Source of the DNA: Selaginella moellendorffii
Taxonomy: Eukaryota > Plantae > Lycopodiophyta
NCBI RefSeq assembly: GCF_000143415.4
Contig: NW_003314292.1
Location: forward strand, 1,816,221 to 1,846,953
Direction: 5' to 3'
DNA length: 30,733 bases
A model generated the notes under the pieces. That model was not told the DNA's origin and did no database searches. It saw nothing but the letters and a program-made list of their open reading frames with translations. Position 1 is the stretch's first letter, and each line of letters opens with the position of its first letter. The translations under genes were made by a program, and so were the position numbers. Shown piece after piece: positions 21,513 to 30,733 of this stretch.

Positions 21513-23900
21513 ATGGCTGTGGTGCCGGCGGCTCGCAGTTCGCCGTTTTTCTCGAGAGAAAGGAGAGGCTATGGCGCTTCCAGCACCAGCGGCGAAGGAA
21601 TGCAAGGAAGGACTTTCACAAAAACAGGCAGCAGTGGCTCAGAGGATCAAAAAATTCTCAGCTGGAACAAGATCAAACAAGAGGAGGACAAGAGGAAAAA
21701 GGAGATGGTGCTGGAGCTCATTGCTGCATTGAAGGCGGCGAGCGGCTCAAGAGCGATCGAGAGGGGAAGGCAGCTCCATGCCGCAGCGATTGAGAGTGGC
21801 AACGGTTCCAACTTCTACGTTGCGAGCTCTCTCGTGAGCATGTACGCGAGATGTGGCTGCATGGGCGAGGCTCGCTCGGTGTTTGATGCCATGGAGCACC
21901 ACGATGTGGTTCTCTGGACAGCGCTCATGCTCGGCTACTCCAAGAACGGCCAGGGAGAAGTGACTTTGGAGCTCTTCTCGCGGATGCTGCTCGTCGCAAG
22001 GCCGAATTCTCAGACGTTTCTGGCTGTGCTCAAGGGCCTTTCGAGCTTGGCTGCAAGGGAGGAAGGCAGGAGATTCGGTGGAAAGGTGGTGAAGACAAGG
22101 ACTCTGGAAAGAGTCATGGCTGTCCACTTGCAAGCCGAGGGATTTGGATGCGAGCTGGATAACTTTGTGGCGAGCTCGCTGGTGGACATTTATGCCAGGT
22201 GTGGGAGCATGAGGGATGCTCGCAGAGTTTTCGATCGAATGCCGAGCCACAACTTGGTGGCCTGGACGGCATTGATCCTGGGCTATGCTACGAACGGGGA
22301 GAATGAGGTTGGCCTCAGGCTCTTCGCTCGGGTGCTTGGCGAAGAAGGACGCAGGACAGATTCGCAGGCTTTTGTTGCTGCGCTCAAAGCTTGCACGGGG
22401 CTGACGGACAGAGAGGTGGCAAACGACTCAGGTGTAAAGATCCAGTGCTTGGAGAAAGGCATGGCTGTGCATCGTGAAGCTGCCAAGAGTGGAGTTGCAA
22501 CGGAGATGTTCGTGGGAAGTGTCCTGGTGGATACATACGCGAAGTGCGGAAGCATGGAGGACTCCCGCATCGTATTTGAGAAGATGGTGGCTCAGGACGT
22601 GGTCTCGTGGACCGCTCTCCTGTTTGGCTACGCGCAGAATGGCGAGAGCGAGCTGACCCTTGGGATGTTTGAGAGAATGAAAGCCTCGGGGTGTGCACCG
22701 AACGCTCAGACGTTCGTGGCAGTTCTTCACGCGTGCACGAACTTGGCTTTGCGAGAGGACGGCATTGAAGAGGACGGCAAAGTCCTCAAGGTGAAAGCTC
22801 TGGAGAAAGGCATGGCTGTTCATCGGGAAGCTTTCAAGGGCGGGTTTGAGCCGGACATCTGTGTGAGCAGCACGCTGGTGGATATGTACTCCAAGTGCGG
22901 CAGCGTCCTCCAGGCTCGCCGGGTGTTTGACAGGATGAAGCGCCACGATGTGGTGTCATGGACAGCGCTCATACTCGGCTGTGCTCAAAACGACGAGGGA
23001 GATATGGCACTGGAGCTCTTCACAAAGATGAGGCTTGAAGAGAAACGTTGCCAGCCCGACGATCAGACGTTCGTTGCCGCGCTGAAGGCCTGCTCCACAG
23101 TTGCATCGCTCGAGTTTGGAAAGAAAATCCATGCAGATATATGCCGGTGTGGACTCGAGGCTGGCAGGCTTGTCACGAACTCGGTGGTGGATTTCTACGG
23201 CAAGTGCGGGAGCATGGTCGTGGCTCACCAGGTTTTCGATTCCGCTAGAACAAGAGCCCGGGATATAGTCTCGTGGAACTCGCTCATCACAGGCTACAGC
23301 CGCCACGGTGAAACCGACGCCGTCCTCGAGCTCTTTGCAAGGATGGTGGAAGAAGGCTTCCAACCGGATGGCATCACCACACTGGCGGTCTTGAACGCGT
23401 GCTGCCATGCCGGGCTGGTTGAAAGAGGGAGGAAGCTCTTCCAGGAGATGTGCTCCCGGAAGGCTGCAAGCGTGACTATGGAGCACTACCACGTCGTGGT
23501 GGACATGCTAGGCCGGGCAAACAAACTCCAGGAGGCGGTGGAGATGGCGGACTCGATGCCTTTCGCAGCGAATGTGGTGACATGGACCATCGTGCTGAGC
23601 TCGTGTCACAAGTGGAAGAGCTTGGAATTTGGAAGGCTGGCGTTTGAGGCACTGGTGAAGCTGGATGAGAAGCAGGCTGCTACTTACGTTCTCATGGCCA
23701 ACATCTATGGAAGCTTGGGCATGGTTGAGGAAAAAGCTAGAGTTCATGCGATGAGCAAGAGGATTGGTGCGTGGAAGAGGGGATCAGTGGTAGTCAATCT
23801 CGATTCGTTTGTCAATTGTGGTGATCATCCTCAAAAGGAAGAGGAGAAGAACTATTATCAAACTTGTGACAGACATACTTGTAAAATAGAACTTCTATAA
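21513..23900 (+). CDS. PLS-class pentatricopeptide repeat protein with E extension, no DYW domain; probable organellar RNA-editing factor
   Basis: Intronless ORF, first ATG at 21513. Repeated SSLVxMYxKCG / DVVSWTAL / PxxQTFVAxLxAC motifs; C-terminal EHYHVVVDMLGRA...ATYVLMANIY...; the E+ region is truncated. Confidence 0.93.
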   Translation: MAVVPAARSSPFFSRERRGYGASSTSGEGMQGRTFTKTGSSGSEDQKILSWNKIKQEEDKRKKEMVLELIAALKAASGSRAIERGRQLHAAAIESGNGSNFYVASSLVSMYARCGCMGEARSVFDAMEHHDVVLWTALMLGYSKNGQGEVTLELFSRMLLVARPNSQTFLAVLKGLSSLAAREEGRRFGGKVVKTRTLERVMAVHLQAEGFGCELDNFVASSLVDIYARCGSMRDARRVFDRMPSHNLVAWTALILGYATNGENEVGLRLFARVLGEEGRRTDSQAFVAALKACTGLTDREVANDSGVKIQCLEKGMAVHREAAKSGVATEMFVGSVLVDTYAKCGSMEDSRIVFEKMVAQDVVSWTALLFGYAQNGESELTLGMFERMKASGCAPNAQTFVAVLHACTNLALREDGIEEDGKVLKVKALEKGMAVHREAFKGGFEPDICVSSTLVDMYSKCGSVLQARRVFDRMKRHDVVSWTALILGCAQNDEGDMALELFTKMRLEEKRCQPDDQTFVAALKACSTVASLEFGKKIHADICRCGLEAGRLVTNSVVDFYGKCGSMVVAHQVFDSARTRARDIVSWNSLITGYSRHGETDAVLELFARMVEEGFQPDGITTLAVLNACCHAGLVERGRKLFQEMCSRKAASVTMEHYHVVVDMLGRANKLQEAVEMADSMPFAANVVTWTIVLSSCHKWKSLEFGRLAFEALVKLDEKQAATYVLMANIYGSLGMVEEKARVHAMSKRIGAWKRGSVVVNLDSFVNCGDHPQKEEEKNYYQTCDRHTCKIELL

Positions 23901-24096
23901 ACTCTCTCCATTTTGTGTCAAGCTTTCTTTTGGTAGGAAAGAGGTTTTTGGAAGTGAAAGAAAATGGTTTGAGAACAAACCTGGCGGATAGCATGACCCA
24001 GTGACGTGCATATGTAGGTAGTCATGAATCAGCTAGAACTGTAAAGGTGACAATCTTAAACAAGTCATTTGATCATACAAACCACGCAGGAGCCCC

Positions 24097-24105
24097 TATA
24101 TAAAA
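24097..24105 (+). promoter_or_regulatory. TATA box of the second hydrophobin-like gene
   Basis: CCTATATAAAAG about 65 nt upstream of ATG 24166. Confidence 0.6.
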
Positions 24106-24165
24106 GCCCTTGGTGATCAGGACTATGAATCCATCAGTGCTCCATATTTACAAAAGAGAGTGTCA

Positions 24166-24407
24166 ATGGCTTCCTCCACTCAGTTTGTTCTTGCATTCTT
24201 TCTAGTGGCAATAAGCCTTATCAACGTTGAATCCCATGATTCAGAAAAATGTAGCGGGGGTACTATTGTCTGTTGCTCCAATATCGATTCTTCTAAAGAT
24301 CTTGTTGATATCGATCTTTAGGATTCAAAAACTTCGCCTGCATACTCAATCAGGTTAAGTGTGAAAACACTAAAATCTGCTGCAAGGAGAAATGCAAAGC
24401 TATTTAG
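24166..24407 (+). pseudogene. Second hydrophobin-like secreted 8-Cys gene with a 1-nt frameshift
   Basis: MASSTQFVLAFFLVAISLINVESHDSEKCSGGTIVCCSNIDSSKDLVDIDL* (stop 24319-24321) continues in another frame as GFKNFACILNQVKCENTKICCKEKCKAI* (to 24407). Restored pattern: C-X6-CC-X21-C-X6-C-X5-CC-X3-C. Confidence 0.75.
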
Positions 24408-24627
24408 GCCAATCAAGCACCAAGAAACAAAAGCATAAATAAATTCCTCTTAAATCAATAAATCGACAAAGCTTTCTTTCTCAATGTTTTTGACCTAGTG
24501 CGTTTCTACTGAATTTTTTTTATCAACTATTTTAAACAAAGCTGCATTTATCGTTCATTACATAATGAGTCTGAACTCGCAGATATCCAAAAACTCTTAG
24601 CTTCTAGTCAATGATCATAATTTCCCT

Positions 24628-27601
24628 TCAGCTAGATACTCCGCCACCGCCGCCACCACCACCACAACCACCGCCGCCACCACCACCACCTCCTCCGCCA
24701 CACCCGCCACCACCTCCTCCGCCACACCCGCCACCACCTCCTCCGCCACACCCGCCACCACCTCCTCCGCCACCTCCTCCACAACCTCCGCCTCCGCCTC
24801 CGCCACCTCCTGCTCCACCACATCCCCCACCTCCACTGATGCCACACCCGCCTCCACCAGCACCACCTCCGCCACAATACGATCCACCTCCATCATACCA
24901 GCACTGGCCATCACCACCGAAACCATCACCACCACCAACATCATCGCCACCGTCACCACCGTCGCCCCCGTGCTCTTCCCCGTGCTCTCCCCCGTGCTCT
25001 CCCCCGCCCTCTCCGCCACCGCCTCTGTCCTTGCGGCGACGGCGATCAACTGTCACAGCACCTGGTCAAGCAGCAATGTTCTTAGAATTTGCGTGCAAAG
25101 AAACTTGTTTCTCACCCCAATGATCTTGTTCTTCTTCTGAGACCATCACTCGTTTCCTCGTATTCGTCCACGAAGGAATGGCTTTGCCGAGCATATCCGA
25201 CACGGACATGCTTATGGTTGCCGATAAAAGAAGCACAAGCAGCACATCCTCATTGCGATCAATCTGAGACAAATCATATCACAAAATTGGAGCTAAATTT
25301 CGATTAAAGTCTACCTGCATGCCACCAGACCGCCAGTTGAAAAGAGCTGTCGCCTTGCCTTGAGGAGCGTCTCTTGTGAATCTTACCATTGTCACAAACC
25401 ACGCTTCCTGTCGCTCGGATGCACCAGGAACAGCAAATTCCAGGTGACGACCCGAGAAGAGCATGATCTACAATCAAGTTTTCCAGAGAATCAGCCACTA
25501 TATCAGAGAATCTGTACCACTATATATGCAGACTAACTCACCGGACAGTCGTGGGATTTCATTTCAACGCGGAGCTGTGGTTTCATGTTCCAGTGCTTAT
25601 CCTTGACATCTCTGTTAACAGTTAAAATAGCCTTCCCGTTCATTAGAGACCATCTCCTAGACACTGAAGATGGTTTCTCTAGTTGCCATGCAGATCCTAG
25701 AATTTCACCTGAGAAAACAAAGCAACACTATAAACCTTTTGCAAAACATGTCCAGAAGATGCTCATACCATTTACGGAGCCAGTGTTGTAAGAACCGTCG
25801 TATGTCCACCCTCCTTTGTGAACATGGATAACTTTATCGGTGTCGAGAATGCTCCTTAGCAAAAGCCCCCCACCCTTGTATCTAAAGCAAAAGTTGCCAC
25901 ATTAGTTCTAGAAAAAGTGGCTCAATTTGCAAACCTGCAACGGACGACGAAGGATTCGTTTCTGGTGTGATCGAAAACATTCCTTGTTATCCACATGCCT
26001 TCTCTGTGACTGTGGAGGCTGTGAGTGGCACAGTCGTCTCCCGTGTCTCTCACTCTCACGCTTCTGAAGAGATAAGGCGCAGTGACTGGAGGAGTAACGG
26101 AGATGTAAACCAGCACCGACACTTCTCGGTCCTTCTTTGTCTCCAGCAATGGAAACCAGCCGCTGAGTGATTGCGTTTCCGAGCGGATGACAGTTTTCCA
26201 TGGAATCAGGAGCAGGCCCACGGTTTTGGATATCAAAAAGCGCTTCTGTCGAACTGCGAGCACCAGCCCTTCGGTGGAGAGTTCAGCTGTTATGGTTGAG
26301 ACTACGCTCAGATGAGAGGAAGCCTTCCCTCGTTGGCTCTCGAGATTCAGATACTTTTGATGGTTTAACGAGGTTATCACGTAGTAGATGGTCCTATCGT
26401 CTGGCAAACCTCTGGTACCTCTTACGGAGAGATGAACCTGCATAAATCGAATAGAATCGGATCAGACGAGATTGACAATAAGACTGCGAACTCCAATACC
26501 TGAATAGTCTTTCGCTCAGCCAAGTCATAATCGTTTTTACTAGCGAGCCTGGCGAGTTTGGCTGGATCATAAGCAGGTGTTTTGGGAACGGATGCTGGTG
26601 GCTCCCCTCTGTACATGCACCCTGCTTTCTCGTATGGAAGGCCATACGTGTCTTCCCACATAGATCGAGTCTTTGTGAATCCATTGTCCAGTTTTCCTCC
26701 GGAATCTCGGTTGCTATCTGTGTCGTCATGCTCGAAGATCCTTCCCAGTACCTGTGTGAGATCGTTGTGGTAGCTCACAGGGTGAAGCTGATGTGTATGC
26801 CATATTAAATCGATGTCGTAAGAGGGAACGAAAAATGTTGACGTGCCAGACGTGCGTATGAGATGGAGAAACGCCTTGTAACGTGCAACAGCAACTACCA
26901 AGAAGCTCTCGCCCAGGTAATGCGGCTCAGAAACCTGCATACTCAAAGTTAATTTGCTTCCAAGGAAAGATCATCACTTGCCTGATAGTAGAAACTTTTC
27001 TGCCTGAGAGCTGCTTCTGCCAAGTCGTAAAAGATATTGGTTGGTCTTTCGGTATATCGTCTTGTTAAGTCTCCACCGTAAATGTCAAGAGTGTATGGTT
27101 CGTCTGGAAAATTCGAAGCCCATGTACTGGCGCTTTGTTGGAGATCATTTCTGTGCCTCGCCAAAGAAGGTCCCTCCACAATTTTACCGAACAATCTCTT
27201 ACAGTCGTCAGCATATTGAACCTAGTCAGACACGTAACTTTGGTAAATTGAAGTGGACAGATAATGGAATAGCCACACTTACAGGATTCAAGCGATGGCA
27301 ATGCCATATCCAGTCGCAGTCGAGTGGCGGGAAAAAATTCCCAGAAGAATTTGCTAACAGCGGGAGGCAGCAGTACTGGTACCTAGAATCCAAGAAGAAA
27401 TCAGCAAACTAGATCAAACAAGTAAATATCTCACCTCTCAATTGCCCTTTCCAGAACAGGCCTCTCAAACAGCTTGAAATTGGCATGTACCAGCGAAAGG
27501 AACTCCAACTGTGATTTTGCAGCTGCTACCACATCCAGAGAGAGCGTAATTTCTTGAGCCTTGCGCCATTCATTCACTTGATTCACGGAAAGCGAAGCCA
27601 T
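24628..27601 (-). CDS. Glycine-rich domain-containing protein (GRDP1/2-like, DUF1399), multi-exon
   Basis: EWRKAQEITLSLDVVAAAKSQLEFL, PPLDCDWIWHCHRLNP, RQKSFYYQ|VSEPHY, VPSYDIDLIWHTHQLHP, HDDTDSNR, GCMYRGEPP, KATALFNW, then a C-terminal GGGGC repeat tail ending in TGA at 24628-24630. Confidence 0.88.
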
Positions 27602-28812
27602 TGTTGTAGTCTGTGAGTCGAGCACACTGCTTGGTCTGCTTAAATAAGCGGGAAGAAGCTGCCGGCTTTGACTCTTCGAAGGATGCGTAGAGAGTTCGGA
27701 AATTCGATGTGTCTTAGAGCTTTTGGATGTTCAGGCTGGTTGACGGCGACGGCCAATGATCTCGCAATCCACGCGGGGCTTGTAGAGAGTTTCAAGATCA
27801 GTGTGTATCATTGACTGGCGTCGCAGGATCGTCGAACTTGCTTTTTTCGTCAAGTCGTCTTTACCAAGACTTTTTTTGTTACTGTGTCAAAGGATGTGCG
27901 TCCACGATAGCCTGAAACAAACATAAAAAAAAAAAAAAAAAATTCAGCAGGAGAAGTTTCGACTGTACTTTCAAGGGAAATCCACGTCCTTTTGGGCCAA
28001 GAGAAGCTCAAAACGAGGAACGAGAAGTACTCTTCCATGTCCTTTAACACTCGCTACTTCGTGCCTGGGTTGGAAAAAAGAAACGGCACAAAATTAGAGA
28101 GACTGTCCTCAGCGAAGATCTTTCCTTACCATGGAGGATGGATGGATACAACACATCCGACCTGTACATCGGGAGAAAGGCTATCGAAAATAGCGGTGAC
28201 AGCTTCAAAGGTCTCCAAAACNNNNNNNNNNNNNNNNNNNNNNNNNNNNNNNNNNNNNNNNNNNNNNNNNNNNNNNNNNNNNNNNNNNNNNNNNNNNNNN
28301 NNNNNNNNNNNNNNNNNNNNNNNNNNNNNNNNNNNNNNNNNNNNNNNNNNNNNNNNNNNNNNNNNNNNNNNNNNNNNNNNNNNNNNNNNNNNNNNNNNNN
28401 NNNNNNNNNNNNNNNNNNNNNNNNNNNNNNNNNNNNNNNNNNNNNNNNNNNNNNNNNNNNNNNNNNNNNNNNNNNNNNNNNNNNNNNNNNNNNNNNNNNN
28501 NNNNNNNNNNNNNNNNNNNNNNNNNNNNNNNNNNNNNNNNNNNNNNNNNNNNNNNNNNNNNNNNNNNNNNNNNNNNNNNNNNNNNNNNNNNNNNNNNNNN
28601 NNNNNCTATGTCTCGTTACCTCGGACGTGGTATCACTATCGATCGGATCAAGGCTAGAATCCACCCTGCAAGAGAATGATCGCTAGAAATGAAGAATAGA
28701 ATCACTGGAAATGCAGCTACCTCGTGCTTGCCTTGCACCCAACATCGTCGTCGTCGTCGTCGGCATCTGAGATTCCATCCTCCAGCTCCAGTGGCCGTCG
28801 CGGGCGCTTCAT
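27602..28812 (-). other. Upstream exon set of the GRDP locus (N-terminal extension or separate decayed gene)
   Basis: ATG at 28812 gives MKRPRRPLELEDGISDADDDDDDVGCKASTR|VDSSLDPIDSDTTSE, with a telo-box just upstream. Homologous to 390-1400. Frameshifted in 27640-27910; includes an N gap. Confidence 0.5.
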
Positions 28813-29299
28813 GCCCCCTAGGGTTTAAACGAGAATATTGTTGACATATCATATCATGTTTAAGTAGTTCTATTCGAAATGAATATGAACCGTTGGATGA
28901 ATTCTAGAACATAGACTTTTATAGGTCGGCATGTTGTCTTTGTTCAGGTACACAGAAAGCATGAGCTCGTAGATGAGATGACACAGTTTGCGATCTTTCT
29001 GTTGCTTGTACTGGAAGATATCCTGGTTCACAGGCAGTGGTGAACGAACGTACTCATCAAAAAACATTCCTCGCTTTTTGTCCAGGAACTAACTAAAAAA
29101 CTTCCACCTTGGAGAAGGGAGCACTGGCGCTGGCTAGGTGTACGGGGCTCTGCTACTGGAGGAGCTCCCACACATCTGCCAGCATAAAAGAGCTGAATGG
29201 CTTCCTCGATCTACCACACAAAATTTTCTTCAAGAAATTGGTAGCCCTAAATGTACTTTAATATGCCTTTTTTTAAAGTTAACTTTATTTCTGGCATGG

Positions 29300-30225
29300 C
29301 AGGCCAAAAGCCATTTGACCTACATTCCCAAGAAGAGAGATGAAGTGATTGTAATGATTAAATATGTATGAACATTCCCTAGGGATTAATACAAAAATCA
29401 ATTGTGTCACCCTAATGATGCATCCCTATTGCAACCAAAACACCAAGAGTGCAAACCTCAACCTCCAGCCAAGGCTTTCCAAGGTTGAAGGCCTTGATCA
29501 TGAAGTTCCTCCCTCCAAAATCTATCTCACTCCACTTCTAATCCTTATTAGAGCATAGTCACTACCATGACTTGTAAAGGCAAGGAGTATATAAGTATTG
29601 TATCCCTATAATACAATATTGAATGAAACAAGGCTGAATGAAATAGAGCTTGGGAAGTTGTCCCTAAAGTAATGAAAAAAATACAAAAAGTGTGTAGATG
29701 ATTTCATCTGCTACATTGATCGTGGCTGCTCATTATCAAAGCACCTGCCCCACATCACTGCTTAAAACACAAACGGCTGTACAACTGCTACAAGGGCACT
29801 TCTCATTCTAGGATTGAATAAAAAGTACTAAGAGTGGAGCTTCAAAAAGGAAGACAATGTCTAGGACTAAACACCACTAATTGCTATATCAAGATCAATT
29901 GGCTCATGGCATCATGGTTTGAGTAGGCCAAATTGCCAAGTCATCCTAAACATATTCAAGCATCATTAATCTTTGGAGGAATGGCTATACAACCAATAAG
30001 TTTACTAGACTATACAAATTTATAATTCTATAGAAAGGGAAGACCGAGAACTTTGAATTTAGTGAGTGTAACACATGTTTAATCCCATTATAGACAGCCA
30101 AGGGTATCCCCAACATCCAGCCTATTATACTAATGTTGAGAGGGGAGCCTTTTAACAGTGATGAAAATACTCTATCATACTCTAAAATCCAACTCAAAAC
30201 ATATCTTATTCTCACAATAGAGCAC
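29300..30225 (-). mobile_element. Possible decayed LINE fragment
   Basis: WMLGIPL (like the L1 YLGxPL motif) near 30110 and a downstream WCFGC; weak. Confidence 0.25.
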
Positions 30226-30733
30226 CCATGCCGGGCTGGTTGAAAGAGGGAGGAAGCTCTTCCAGGAGATGTGCTCCCGGAAGGCTGCAAGCGTGACTAT
30301 GGAGCACTACCACGTCGTGGTGGACATGCTAGGCCGGGCAAACAAACTCCAGGAGGCGGTGGAGATGGCGGACTCGATGCCTTTCGCAGCGAATGTGGTG
30401 ACATGGACCATCGTGCTGAGCTCGTGTCACAAGTGGAAGAGCTTGGAATTTGGAAGGCTGGCGTTTGAGGCACTGGTGAAGCTGGATGAGAAGCAGGCTG
30501 CTACTTACGTTCTCATGGCCAACATCTATGGAAGCTTGGGCATGGTTGAGGAAAAAGCTAGAGTTCATGCGATGAGCAAGAGGATTGGTGCGTGGAAGAG
30601 GGGATCAGTGGTAGTCAATCTCGATTCGTTTGTCAATTGTGGTGATCATCCTCAAAAGGAAGAGGAGAAGAACTATTATCAAACTTGTGACAGACATACT
30701 GTAAAATAGAACTTCTATAAACTCTCTCCATTT
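30226..30733 (+). pseudogene. 5'-truncated near-identical duplicate of the PPR gene 3' end
   Basis: Matches 23405-23913 (offset 6821). The only difference I saw is a 1-nt deletion near 30700 (RHTVK* vs RHTCKIELL*). Continues past the window end. Confidence 0.95.

Noticed and set aside
21747-23747. Antisense and alternate-frame ORFs over the PPR gene
   Set aside because: Shadows of a GC-rich coding sequence.
24611-25123. Extensin-like proline-rich ORF on the + strand
   Set aside because: Antisense shadow of the GRDP glycine-rich tail; no signal peptide.
28870-29215. Short minus-strand ORF, possible gene fragment
   Set aside because: No recognisable family motif and the frames are interrupted.

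Overview
Eukaryotic land-plant genomic DNA. The very short introns (about 45-60 nt) and the PLS-PPR subtype suggest a lycophyte such as Selaginella; this is an inference. There are three N gaps (10576-10678, 20593-20979, 28222-28605). Apparently intact genes are a multi-exon SF3B2/SAP145 splicing factor (-), a PLS-E class PPR gene (+), a glycine-rich domain (GRDP/DUF1399) gene (-) and a small secreted 8-Cys protein (-). Decayed material includes a second GRDP copy, two germin-like remnants, a cytosolic FBPase pseudogene, a near-identical truncated PPR duplicate and probable LINE relics. One germin gene is split by a Ty1/copia element with very short LTRs, nested inserts and an inverted gag segment. 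It is also split by a mosaic insert holding an 18S rDNA fragment and a 5S-containing (Cassandra-like) solo LTR. The most striking signal is two divergent small secreted-protein genes flanking the PPR gene (20204-20479 intact; 24166-24407 frameshifted and absent from the ORF track). Both carry the C-CC-C-C-CC-C cysteine pattern of fungal class I hydrophobins, yet sit among plant genes.
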